From NCBI GenBank assembly GCA_037447605.1, contig CM074816.1:1826525-1890524 (forward strand): a stretch of 64,000 nt of DNA. Reading direction: 5' to 3'. Both the position numbers and the translations under genes were made by a program. The notes under the pieces are model-generated. The model was not told the DNA's origin, ran no database searches, and saw nothing but the letters and a program-made list of their open reading frames with translations. Positions 26,563 to 38,823 of this stretch are shown here, piece by piece. Position 1 is the stretch's first letter. The number at the start of each line of letters is the position of its first letter. The stretch is from Zygnema circumcarinatum SAG 698-1b. Lineage: Eukaryota > Plantae > Zygnematophyceae.

Positions 26563-27063
26563 AGTGTGCAATTAGCCAAAAATGCTGTGCAAATAGCCTT
26601 AACATGCTCTTCGGAAACTGGAAACTAGAGTACGCGGTTTGCAGCTGCAAACCAATGTTTGGTTTTTGGAGGGACCCATTATTGGTAAAACAAAAAGTGC
26701 ATACCTCTAGCAGGCGTCCCCAACTGCAGTACTTACTCTAACCGTCCCCCATTGGCAAGTACTTGCGTCCTCTCTCGCCCATTAGCAGCTCCAATATTAT
26801 ACGAAGCAAAGCCCTTTTTTACCCTTCAGTTCCTACTTTCCCCCACGGCTGGATCGTCCTTCAGCGGCAATACCTGCGTTCGCCACCGTCCTCCGATGTC
26901 CCCGTGGCGTCCCCAAATCTCTCGGCCTCCTGCAAACGTGCAACGCCTGCAACTCGCGCAAGGAAAGATGTAAAAAATTCATTTATTCATTTTCTGTGTG
27001 CTGTAAGCGCTCTCTCATGAGCAGACAGCAGTGGGAGGAGAAGGCTTCGATCAGGCTGCAGCC

Positions 27064-28284
27064 ATGGTTGCGCATATTGTGGGCAACAGTGAGCCGGGGG
27101 AGTTTGAAGGGAAGCTTGAAACATCGCCGACTGCTGCTTCTGCAGCGGCTGATTCATCTCTAATTCCCGGCCTGCCTGATGATCTTGCAAGACAATGCTT
27201 AGCCCGAGTTCCACGCTGGCACCATGGCTGCTGCAAGGCTGTGTGTAACTGCTGGGAGGATTTCTTTAGCTCTGACATGCTGCTGACTGTTCGCCAATCG
27301 TGCGGAGCTCAAGAAGATTGGCTGTACGTCTTCAGCTCCGACCCTTCAATCACTCCAGGAGAGGCTTATGATCCTGTAGCGAAGAAGTGGATGAAGATAG
27401 CGCTCATGCCGAGCGAGCCTTTCACTTATGGACTTTCCAACTTCGTCTGTGTTTCCATAGGCCACGAATTACTGGTCTTGGGCGGAGTTCTGTTTGATGC
27501 ACGGTCTTATCCGTCGGATGAACCGGTTGCGAGCGCAAGAGTGTACAGATATGATGCTCTTAGAAACGCCTGGACGCGTATGGCAGATATGCAGGATGCG
27601 AGAGGTAGCTTCGCATGCGGTATTGTCGGTAAAAGGGTCATTGTTGCAGGCGGGAGTAGCCGGCATGGTCAATTTTCCGCAGGAGGTTCTCGCCTTAATT
27701 CTGCAGAATTGTATGATTTAGACACAGATACCTGGCAGCGACTCTCCAGCATGAACAAGATAAGGGCAGGATGTGTAGGTTTGATTGTGGAACCCGACTC
27801 GAACGTTAAGTTCTTGGCATTGGGAGGTCATGGAGAGAGCCGCCTACTGCATGGAATTATATCCGTGGATGAATGTCACCGCGATGCGGAAGCCTATGAT
27901 TTCTCTACGGGACAGTGGACTCAACTGGGAAATATGTGGCATGAGCTGGAAAACTGGAACCTTGGGCCTGTTGCCTACTTAGGCGAATTTTTATACACTC
28001 TAAGGGGAAACTGCTTGCTCGTTTACGACTCAACGACACATACTTGGCGACCGGAGAGCAACTTAGCTCGTGCTGAAAATCGATCTCGCTTCTTCGGTCT
28101 GAATGGGGAGCTCTATGTGGTGCCGGTGGATGTGGCCGTCCAGACCAGGCCTTACCCTGCTCCTCTTCTGAAGTATAATCCAGCGACAAAGGCTTGGACG
28201 AGCGTTCGCTCGGACGACTTTGCTGCACGAAAAGAATGGATCTTGTCCAAAAATCGGGGTATCACAGCAGTCGTCAGCTACTAG
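27064..28284 (+). CDS. OR23: F-box/kelch-repeat protein OR23-like (single coding exon)
   Basis: F-box LIPGLPDDLARQCLARVP. Kelch motifs GGVLFDARSYPSDEP, ARGSFAC, VAGGSSRH..SAGGSRLNSAELYD, RAGCVG and SVDECHRDA match Arabidopsis OR23 (At4g03030) signatures as I recall them. Confidence 0.9.
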   Translation: MVAHIVGNSEPGEFEGKLETSPTAASAAADSSLIPGLPDDLARQCLARVPRWHHGCCKAVCNCWEDFFSSDMLLTVRQSCGAQEDWLYVFSSDPSITPGEAYDPVAKKWMKIALMPSEPFTYGLSNFVCVSIGHELLVLGGVLFDARSYPSDEPVASARVYRYDALRNAWTRMADMQDARGSFACGIVGKRVIVAGGSSRHGQFSAGGSRLNSAELYDLDTDTWQRLSSMNKIRAGCVGLIVEPDSNVKFLALGGHGESRLLHGIISVDECHRDAEAYDFSTGQWTQLGNMWHELENWNLGPVAYLGEFLYTLRGNCLLVYDSTTHTWRPESNLARAENRSRFFGLNGELYVVPVDVAVQTRPYPAPLLKYNPATKAWTSVRSDDFAARKEWILSKNRGITAVVSY

Positions 28285-29669
28285 TGCTCTGTATTTTGGC
28301 TCCTGTGTACAGTTGCAGAGGTTAAAGATTGTGGCACATGTGTACAGATAAGACCCAAGAGTATTGTTCAGTTTAGGCAACGAAGTGGTTTAGACGAAGG
28401 TCAAATTGCTCTGAGGTTTAATGCTTTCTAACAGAAATATTGTAAACTCTGTATACGAGCCGTGGCTTTACTCCGTTTTCTTTTTCCGAGATTATTCTCC
28501 TGACGACTGGTGCCGGATTTAAAGAATGGTTGCTCTGCAGTGTCAGCGGTGCAGGTTGAAAATGTATGGGTCTTAGGAAGTGTTAACTTTGATTCGCCAC
28601 GACTTCCAGTCCTCAGCTGCTGGCCCTCAGAGGGAGAGGGAGGGGGAGAGGGAGAGGGAGGGGGAGAGGGAGAGGAAGAGGGAGAGGGAGAGGGAGAGGG
28701 AGAGGGAGAGGGAGAGGGAGAGNNNNNNNNNNAGAGGGAGAGGGAGAGGGAGAGGGAGAGGGAGGGAGAGTTTTGCATTTGCTTCGAGTGGGTGGGATGT
28801 GCTCTCGCAGTCACCCTAAAACAACAGCTGATTTGATTCTAGCTCCAATGCAGAGACTCAAACATCTCTTACTAATATGTCGATTGGATACAGCCCTAAA
28901 AAGTCTTTATCTCATGAGAATTCTGATGAAGATCAACTTACCTTGAAACTCTCAAACTATCCAATCACTAACTTCGTGCTCAGGAACAGTAGCGCTTTTA
29001 GGGTTGCTGGTTGTAGTCCCAAAAACAGTGCAAGTTTGTTCCTTCACGAAACGAAGGAGATAGCCTGGAAAAAAAAGTACTTGCTGTATCCATCCATCCT
29101 TCAAATGAGGACTCGATACAACTTTTGAAAGAGGCCAAAAAAAAAAATGAAAATTCAGACAGCAGATTCAATCGTTCTGCATAGCTCTCCGTTCTTTTTT
29201 TTTTTTTTTTCCTACGGATGAAGGTTATGAATGTCCCTTATTTGATTTTTCACAATTAGATTTAAGTAAATTTAGCACAGGATATAAAATACAGTAAATA
29301 AATAAATAATAGTAATAGTAAATAATAAATACAATCAAAAGTGGAATTTTGAGTCTCTCTCTTTCCCAGCAGTCGAGTGCTCTCTCCCGCGAGCCCCTCA
29401 CCACCATGCAGGAGGAAGGTGACGCCACGCACAAACCAAGATGACGTCACATCGCCAACCAGTTTCTGTCACAAAACCGGATGTTAAATATTCTAGTTCC
29501 ATGTGTATAGTTCAGTTCACTGTCAGTTTCCTGTGTTCTTACAAGGAACACGCAGTTTTCCCCTTTTTTTCAACCGACAATACTGAGACGGGGAGCATGG
29601 AGCTACGTGCATAGAACGGCCTCCTTCTCCCTCTCCCGGGCGAGCAGGCCGGAGGGGAGGAGAGGAGAC

Positions 29670-31188
29670 ATGGCGGCCATGGCTGCTTCTCCTGCTCGCT
29701 GTTTTGCCGCGTCAATAGCACCTGCAGAAGCCTATGACAGAAGGAATAATCTCTGTTCAGAGAGAAGAACATGCATCTTAATTCCTTCTAGCGATGCTTC
29801 TTGCTCGTTTGGGGAGAAGTTAAGGTCAGTACAGAGGAGGAACAGGGCAAGAGTTGGAGCATTAGGTTTTTCAGTTAGGGCGGAAGGGCTTGAGGGAGAC
29901 GAAGACGTGCGGAGGGAGCTGAGTCCGCTGCAGAAGAAGCAGCTAGAATTGGCTCTTAAGAGGAAGAAATCCGTGGAGGAGCTCTACAAGATTCGAGTGG
30001 AGAGGCAGGTTTCTGACGAAAGGCTGAAGGTCAGTTTCTCTTTGGCTTCTTTCTCATGTTTCTGAAAAAATAATTGGGTAAGGTCTCGTTTGTTTCTAGA
30101 GAATTAGCCATAATGCCAGCGTTAAGAGTACTTTGGTAAAGGGGGGATAGTAGGCCTTCTTGGATGAAGGCTAGGGACTGATATGAGAAAGATTTAGTCT
30201 ATGCAGAGCGTTCCAGTGTAAAAACTAGTATTTTTTGAAACCGTTTCTGCAAAACAAACTATTTTTCTATCCTGTGCTATGGGCTGAAGTAATGCGGAAC
30301 ATTAATTCACGGCAGCACTTTGAGCCCTAGTCTTTTCGGGATTACACAACCCTAAAAAAAGCAACCCTTAACCCTTCCTCGGGAAATTCTCACATAATTG
30401 AACTTAATGACGTAGAGTGGAGACAATGTATGAGTACTTTCCTGATACATCTTGGCACATGTCAGCACCGACGACTTGTAGCTAAGTGATTGCAGTATAG
30501 GGTTTGTTTAAATCTTGAATGTCACCACTATTTTTGCCTTTTTGTTCCTGTTTAGCTTTTTTGTCTCTGCTGTATCACTTATTCAAGCTTCCAGTTTCTT
30601 GTCAGTTTGCAAGTGGAGAAGACGTTGTCTTGTATCAACAATCGATAATGATGCGGAATGTCCTCTGCCTTTTCTGACAGCTGTCATAGAGTGCGTCTGC
30701 AGGAGCTAGGGGTAGACAGATGGTCTCGTTGGGAGAGCCGCGGCACATGCACAGACCTTGTGGACTGTCTGGTGGACGAGTTGGTCTATATCCTTAAGGG
30801 GGAGTTACACGTTACGCCGTTTGTAAGTACCGATTACGACGAGAGAGAGAGACAGGACGGAGAAGAGGGAGAGGGAGGGGAAGGGGGAGCGGGAACCGGA
30901 GGGTGTGGGGAGAGGGGAGAGGGGAGAGGGGGGAGGGGAGTAGTGGGGGAGGGGGGTAGGGGGGGTGGCGGGCGGAGAGGGAGAAAGCTTGCTCAGAAAC
31001 CTCAGCGTTTTGAGTGGCTTATTTTTCCTATTCCGATTCCGATTCTGGGTGTGCAGCAAAGTGACAGGGCGGCAGTCTTCAAAGCCGGAGACTTGGTGCG
31101 CCTCCCTAAGTGGATGGTGGCGACTGTGGACTACCTCGGAGAGTACGAGCAGAGATACCACTTTTTGGCATACGGAGATGACAATTAG
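29670..31188 (+). CDS. PTAC18: Plastid cupin (DUF861) pTAC18-like, with transit peptide; exons 29670-30029, 30703-30822, 31057-31188
   Basis: Ser/Ala-rich transit peptide ending in VRA. EELYKIRVERQVSDERLK|ELGVDRWSRW..VDELVYI.KGE..VTPF|..FKAGDLVRLPKW..YEQRYHFLAYGDD* closely follows pTAC18. Confidence 0.85.
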
Positions 31189-32023
31189 GCCTCTCCTCAG
31201 TTTACTTTTTGTGCCAATTTTCATTTTTTCTTTAAGTGTATGTTCTTTTGCCAAAATAGAAAAAAGGAGCTATTCTGATACGGAAAGGTTGTCTTCTGGG
31301 CAGTCTGTGTTTTAGGTTTCATGTTACATCAGGAAACTGCATGCTTTTTCTACTCTTTTGTTAGGATGCCGTGCAAGTTCATCCATATGATGGCGTACTA
31401 TGCTATGCCATGTCTTGCCATGCCGTGCCATTAGAACAAACAAAACAAAGACAAAGCAGAAAGTCAGACGTCCCGTTAAAATCTTCCCATTTGGAACCGA
31501 GCTTTTTTTTAAGCAGACATGTTTTCAAAGGGATCTGCATATACATGGCATTCACTAAATTCAAATATCTTCTACAATTGGATTTTTTTTTTTTTGTCAC
31601 CTCAAATACCAAGGGGCGGAATAGGATTAAATTACGCCTAAGGGAAAGCACCTACATCTACAGAGTCGCGCAAAAATGGCCCTCCCAGCAAGGCATCTCA
31701 GGGCAAAGCAATTATTCACTAGCCGGTTTTGCCTCTCCGCTTTATTCCTTAGAGCGTAAACTATGATGATCAGAGAGACAGGGAGGCGGAGTGACAGAGA
31801 CAGAGAGAGTGAGACAAAGCGAGCGAGGGAGAGAGAGAGGGAGTTGTCAGCGAGTGCAGCCAGCTCCATGCACTCGTCGCCACGAGTTCCATAAGGTTGG
31901 TTTCTCATGTACAATTAGGGCGTCCGATGTAGAAGCATTGGGCTCGAAACGATCGGTTTGATAAGGTTAAAAGCTCCGCGGGCCTTCTACTCCATAAGGG
32001 GAAGGGGAGGGTTGGACTTGCAC

Positions 32024-35000
32024 TTATTTGAAGGATTTGATTTCTTTCAGCCGCAGCTCTCGGACATACTTTGAGAAAGTGTCATCAAGGACCCACCATT
32101 CAGGATCACTGTCTCCAACTAGATAGTTGTCGCAGAGGAGAGCATTGGATAAGAACAGGCCCTGCACAGACGCACGTGTATGTGAGAGAGTGGAGAGGGG
32201 GAGAGGGGGGNNNNNNNNNNGGAGGGAAGAAGGCGGCAGAGTGAAAGAGGCATAGATAGGGAGAAGGGTGAGGGGGGAGAGGGTAGCACAATGCGGAAGA
32301 AATAGAGACGCAGTGGGAGGGAGAGAGAAGGAGAGGGAGAACGAGAGGGCGGATGCGGAGAGAGAGGGAGAGGAGAGAGAAGCGGGAGGAACAAAATACG
32401 TGCTGAATTCGCTTTTATCTGACAGAGTTAGCACACGAAAGGTTCATGCAATCCTTTCACCCTCGTCCAAGCGGACTCTTTCCTTCACAGATCGAAACAG
32501 ATCCTCCAAAACACGACAGGTCCACTTTACCGTGAATCGATGCACATGGGCAACGCTGGTCTCCAGGTGGACTCCACCGTTTGGTGGATCAACTGACTGG
32601 TGGATCTCCAACGCGGTGACTTTCCTCGGATCAAAAATATACTTGCGATATCCGACATGAGAGAGGCAAAGCTCCTGGGGGATATCTTTAGTTCCCTGAC
32701 AATAGAAGTGAGGCCACCTGAACTGCATTCTCTCAATGGGCCAAGACTCAAGTCCTTTCTCATCTGCAGAGTGGAGATACCGAACAACCATCAAAAACAA
32801 TTTTTGGTACAGTCAAACAGATTGAGAAGAATCACATTAGTGATTCTGCTTTTCATTCAGGAAAAAGTCAACCAAGGCAAGACATTGCATGAGTTCAGCA
32901 AAAGTTCAACGTTCAGTTCACGCGTCCTTTTTTTCTTTTCAGCAACTTCTGCAACAAACATGTCATAAACCAAGCGGCGACCAACGAAAAGAAATTACTT
33001 TTTGAAGGCCGGCAGTGCTGAATTGACCATACGCGGTTCCCAAAGGTGATCCACGCCTTTCCTTCATATTTCTCCAGAAGCTCCGGTAGTGTAGTGGGAG
33101 GCTCTACCCACAGAAACTCTTCCAATTCTGCATTCATAGCCCACTCTGATGAAAACTTCGTCCGGTACGCACAGTCGTTGGTCGACCACACGCCATTCCA
33201 CGCATTATATCTGCATACATACTCGCCCTCCCATTAATTCCTACAGAATAGCCATAGCTTCAAGACAAGCACACAATATACAAGGGAATAGCTCTCATAG
33301 ATACGAGTTTGTATACATATGAATATTCGGACAATTCAACTATCCGTGTGGAACCTAATAATGCAGGGGTACCACCTGTAATTTACCTGTTCAAACTACG
33401 GACGTTAACCACTTCAACTAACCCCCTTTCCACATAAGATGCGATGTTCAACATAGTTTCAGGGTCGAGCCCTCCTCCGTCATAAAGAATGAAATGGTCG
33501 AAACCTATAGATTGCATGTAGTACAGGGCCTCCAATAGTCTTGCAGACCTGATCTGTCATCCAGCACCTCTCCACATGGCAATATGTCCTTTCAGTCACT
33601 AGAAACCGCTAACAATACATGAAAACATGTACCTGAGACTTAGACGGTATATCTAACTGTTCTACACAACCAGACAACCGGTGACAGTTGCCGATAGCGG
33701 CGAAACATAAAATTTGTATCAAAACATACAAATTGGACAACTGGGAAACCATACATGCCTGCCCTTGGGTATGTATGAGAGTTGAGCATACCCTTTCACT
33801 TAACACAGGAGAACAGAATGTGAGTTTGTGCTTGAAGGGACGTAGGGCATCAATGGCCCTTGGACCGGGCTCCTCCTTATATGCTAATACATCCTCCCCT
33901 TGAATGTTTATGAACAGGGCTCCTCCTAAACCAGCCAGCAGACAAGTCCGTCTGCATTAATATCTATTACTTATGAGGGAATAGTGTATACCACGGGTAT
34001 AGCATGCTCAGACCATCCTTAACTTCTGCAAATCGTTTACTCTCGTTGAAGTTTTTTTTACTTTGGGTTCAGATAGATGTATTATCGGTAAATGTCTTAC
34101 CGCGATTGCTGGCACATGGTTAGTCATAGTTGTATATATATAGTTATTTTAGTTACAGAGTTAGTTTAGTAGGCAATAGTCAATTAACTTATTCTGTACT
34201 AGTCTTTCAACGAGCATTAAGGATACCTGCAATGAGTACAGCTTTATAAAGAGCGGAAGGGGCAAGTCAACTATCCACCTGAAGAAGCCGAAGTAGCTTC
34301 CTCCAGGTTGCAAATTAAAGTCACAACCTCATACGTCAGATGATGGTGTTCACCTGGAAATACAAAATTCACTTTTCCCTGCATCCCAAAACGTTCCTGA
34401 AGAACTCAATTCCAAACCCCAACTCTCAAAAATCCATGTTCTGATTAAAAAACGGAACATGACCTCGATAAAGCAAGAGACTTTGAAGCCAAGGAGAATA
34501 TTTTCGCATAAACTGAATTAAGACTTTTCCGCCATTTTCAAAAAACCAAGGACTTTCATCTTTACTGATAGTAAAAACTAGTGCACATACCCCACAAGAC
34601 ATTAGGAATGACTGTGGGAAACCCTAGAAACCCCAGAATCTCGATATGCACAATCCATAATCTACCCTCATTACGTTTTTGAAAAAATGCCAGGTTATGC
34701 TATGTTGGCTTTACCGGCACTCCTTTGGGTCCATCTAAAGAAACCCAGAGACATCTTCCGCCCCAATTTTCCCACTGGTCGTGAAGGGCGCGAGCTCCAA
34801 GACCCATGGTAGCAAAGCTGCTTGAGTTCACTCGAAACGCCGACATAAAAATGAATCCGCGGGTTCCTATCCTTTGAAATTGGCCTATATTTTTGCAAGA
34901 GACAGGGAAAAATCGTCAGCTTCATTGAATCAGTATCACCAAAACAAGAGAGCAGGTGGAAAAACGAGGGAATTCAGAGACCAGAATTACATGGCGTTAA

Positions 35001-36001
35001 GTAACAGCAACGTTTGTCGGCCCCGGATTGAAAGTAGTTCTCTTTTATTGCCACAGCTCCTGTTTGCTTTCAAGAGCAGATAAGGTCAAATTAACTCTGG
35101 ACACTTCGAGAGACGAAAAGCATAGAGAATGCAAGGGATACATTTTCTAATATGAATTGCCAGTCAAGAAGGCAAATGCTCTGCATTGACTCCAAATATT
35201 GAAGGCCTTCAAAACATGGCTAGAACTACAATTATCTCGCAAACCAACTATGAAAAACCACTCTGAATGACGCCATCGTCCTTCAAAAAAGCTCTGCTGC
35301 GCGACTAAAGCAAAAGGAGCCGGCTCACACCAAAAGAACATCTAGTCTAGTCTATTAGCTACCATAAGTTCATGTTCATTCAAATCTGGACAAAAAAAAT
35401 GTCTCCGTTCTCCTGTAACCATCGGACGTGTACAGGTCTCATTAAGTCTAACAATTGGACTGCTCCTGCCAAGATTAATTGTGACTATAAGTCAGCTCAG
35501 ACGCATGTGCCACTCCTTCCGGGAGTGCTAAGCGAAACGGAACGAAATAACTGGCTGAACTCGTAACTTAAACAGACGGGCGTTCAGAAGATGCAGTCGT
35601 CATAAGTTACGGCTATCGGTACAGACAGAAGCAGATTCCTCATGCAGAATCTTGCTAGGAAAGCCCTTACCTTCTCCGTTGCTCGCTGGCTTATACGGCA
35701 AATGTTTGTAATGCGCACATTTGGAAGACAAGGCCTTCAACCTCTCCATGCCTCTGGCGGGATACCACCGCCTCCCGCCAGTTTGCATCACATTTTGACC
35801 AACAAAATATGCAAGAAGGAGCAGCAAGCCCGCGAGGCCGCAGCAGACTCTGGAAATAATAAGGTTTCTGGCTGCTTCTCGCCGCTTCCACGCCATCCAG
35901 GCGGCGATAGCAGGGCTTGGACTCTGTGGACTGTTGGAGGAATCGAAGGCCGAGGATGGCGGAACAGGCAAGGGCAGGCTTGCAGGCTGGCGCGGTAACA
36001 T
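32024..36001 (-). CDS. Glycosyltransferase family 92 (GALS/DUF23-like), type II membrane protein
   Basis: N-terminal TM (CGLAGLLLLLAYFVG). FDHFILYDGGG, STNDCAYRTKFSSEWAMNAELEEFL, ITFGN..WS..HC, WPIERMQFR and GYRKYIFDPRKV..IH fit plant GT92 motifs. The start codon is uncertain. Confidence 0.8.
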
Positions 36002-36190
36002 CAGAGTCCTGCAGCCCCTGGGACTGACAGCGGGGCCTGGAAAGGGAGAGAATACCTTAGGCTCTGAGGGAGAGAGTGTGTAGAGAGAGAGAGAGAGCGG
36101 GAGAGAGAGGGAGAGAGAGAGGGAGAGAGAGACAGAGAGACAGAGATAGACAGAGAGAGAGAGGGGGAGAAAGAGGGAGGGAGAGAGAGG

Positions 36191-36283
<93 letters not shown>

Positions 36284-36629
36284 GGGGAAAAAAGAGGGAG
36301 GGAGAGGGAGGAGGGACCTGGAGAGGCCCTGTAAAGGAGAGGGGTCCTTGTATGCAGGAGATGGCCACCAGGACCAGCAACAGGGGCACACTTTATCGAG
36401 GGGAGAATGCCTTGATAAAGTTACAACGAAGCCTTAGCTTCAACAGGACACCAGGAATACCGTACAGGACGGCGCCGCAAGGAAGCAGGCTCGGGCTTGA
36501 ATTTAAATAGTGATACGAATCACATAATGCCACGTATGCATGAATTTAAAAGGTGATACATTGACGAATTAAAGAATGCCACCTGTGCACGTATTTTTGG
36601 GCTTTCCTTGGCAATGATAGCCCCATTGT

Positions 36630-37170
36630 AGGAGTGACGAGGCGGGGAAAAAATCGAAAATGAAACCGGTGGAGACCGTACGGACGTGCAAGGACCGTAC
36701 ATGGTGTACGGGTGATGTCCTGATGGCTGTGACAGCTGTACCGTACGAACATTAGCAAAACGACGTTGCCTGTGGAACCAGAGTGACCCGGAGTTGTGCC
36801 TGCCCGAATCTCCGTACGTGCCGAAAATCCTGTTGGTCCCCGAACCGACAAAAAGTCCCTTGTCCGGAGTCTACGGAAGTTCCAATGGACAAGAAGTACA
36901 GTACGGTGTCCTAAGGACTGGTACGATACGGTCTTGTACGGTACGGGACACTCAGTACGGCACCATGAATGAAGTGCCGGTTTGCACCGGTTAAATATTG
37001 CACCGGTAAAGCCGGCCCACCGGAACCGCCCAACCGCCAGACGGGCTTTGTCGGACTGTCTCGGCATTCCCACCGACATTACCTGTCCCGGAATATGCCA
37101 AAATTTACAGTTACTAGTAACAAAGGGAAGCGGAACGCCAGTTAGCAGTTGGAGACCGGCCGGCGGTTAA
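36630..37170. repeat. CGTACG/ACCGGT-rich degenerate repeat, probable non-autonomous TE remnant
   Basis: Dense CCGTAC/GTACGG and ACCGG motifs in both orientations; no credible ORF. Confidence 0.4.
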
Positions 37171-37819
37171 GCTCCGTTTTTTTGCGGACGTCGTGGGCCT
37201 GAACTGGGCACATGAAACGGGCTGGCCATCGTACCAACGGTTGGTTGCAAGTTGCAGAGGGGCGCCGTGAGCAAGTCCTGCCTGTTGCTCGCGAACACGA
37301 ACACGAACAGGCTACTGAGAGCATTCACGTATAGCGAGCCTTGCTTTGCTAGCATGGCTTCAGCAACAAGGCAGCGCTTAAAGCCGCAAAATTCAAATAA
37401 AATTTGCTGCAAAGACCGGCTAAGGGCGGTATTCCTGCGTAGGAAAACATAGTTATATAGGTGGTGGGGAGTCGAGAGGGAGGTCTCATCTCGTACTACT
37501 TTGCTGTTCGTTTGAATGTCACATCTAGCTTTTGAAAAAACTTGAAATCTTGTAGAGGTTGTTAAACATGGGCCGAGGTGGCCTATGATTTGGGACTTTG
37601 CTAAATAGCGCCCATATGTAGCATGACACCAGTGTCCACATGCTTTTGAGGAACCTCGGAGCAAGAAGGATCAAGAGGACCAGAATGATTCTACTATATG
37701 CTAATTTCCAAAAAACTATTTGAACTATTTTATCTATTTGTGACACAATTGATCTCAGAAGGAAGACCATGAATGGTACGCTCCTGGTGTGGACGGGGCG
37801 AAATTGAGCTCAATGTCAG

Positions 37820-38200
37820 CACTAACCGATGGTTGCAACCATTGGCAAAGCTTGGTTTGGTCCGTCAACCAATCAGAGGTGCAACCATGGTAACAGCCGA
37901 TACGATACAGTATCGATATCTCTTCCATTATCCGGTATGGAATGTCGATATTTTTAGGATGTTATTGTATCGCGACACTCACGATACTCTCGATCACGAC
38001 TTGACAGCGCTCAGGATATATCGAGATATAGAACGGTAGGAAGAGTAGATCGAGATATATCTAAGTCGGCAGGATATATTGAGATATGTTCCAGATATAT
38101 CGCGATATAGTAAGGAATCATGACATGTCGCGATATAGCAAGGAAACAAAATATATCGCAATATAGTAAGGAAGCAGGATATATCGCGATATAGGAAGGC
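37820..38200. repeat. GGTTGCAACC palindrome segment followed by an ATATCGCGATAT-rich tandem array (~28-bp unit)
   Basis: ATATATCGCGATATAGTAAGGAA-like units at ~38095, 38127, 38151 and 38179. The segment at 37825-37890 resembles 52860-53110. Confidence 0.65.
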
Positions 38201-38823
38201 TTCCTGTGGGCAGGTTTCGCCATGGCGTCTCTGAAGCTCTCCTCCGGGCGAGCTTGTCTTTTTCATTCCTCGATGCCTTCTCCTCCTCTTTCCTGCTCTG
38301 CATCTCCGCCCCTTTCTTGCAAGATCAATATTCCTTCCGTCTTGCTAAGCGCTTGCACCAAAAAGTTAAAGGTTTTGGTCGGCCGGGAGCTCTATGAGAG
38401 TAGCAAAAGTGTCTGCTTGAACTCTGTTCGGGGTAAATATTCAAAGCCAAGGAAATGATCTCAAACTTTCATTTTCATCAATACGTTAAATTGGGAGATC
38501 AGTAATGTCCTGAAATGTTTCGTCTGAATGGTTTGTTGCAACCCAACCTTGGAAAGGACTGCAGTGCTGCCTGAAGGTTCTGGATCGGAATACTCATGTG
38601 TTCTCTGTGCCATAAAATTTCAAAAAGGTGCTCCTCTTTGCTATATGGCAAGCCATGAAGGCATGCTAGTTTTTCTTAATGTTCAAGCGTCAAAAAAGTA
38701 CTTCTCTTCTCTTGACGAAGATATTTTTTTGTTATGCCAAATTGTTGGTGCTTTTTTTTATTGTGGATGGGGAAAATAGGTGGTCGCACTACTAGTCGCA
38801 GAAAAGCGAATTCGTTTCAAACC

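Noticed and set aside
36057-36510. RE/SL dipeptide ORFs here and at 3167, 5602, 6135, 25785 and 28428-28836
   Set aside because: They are (GA)n microsatellite artefacts.
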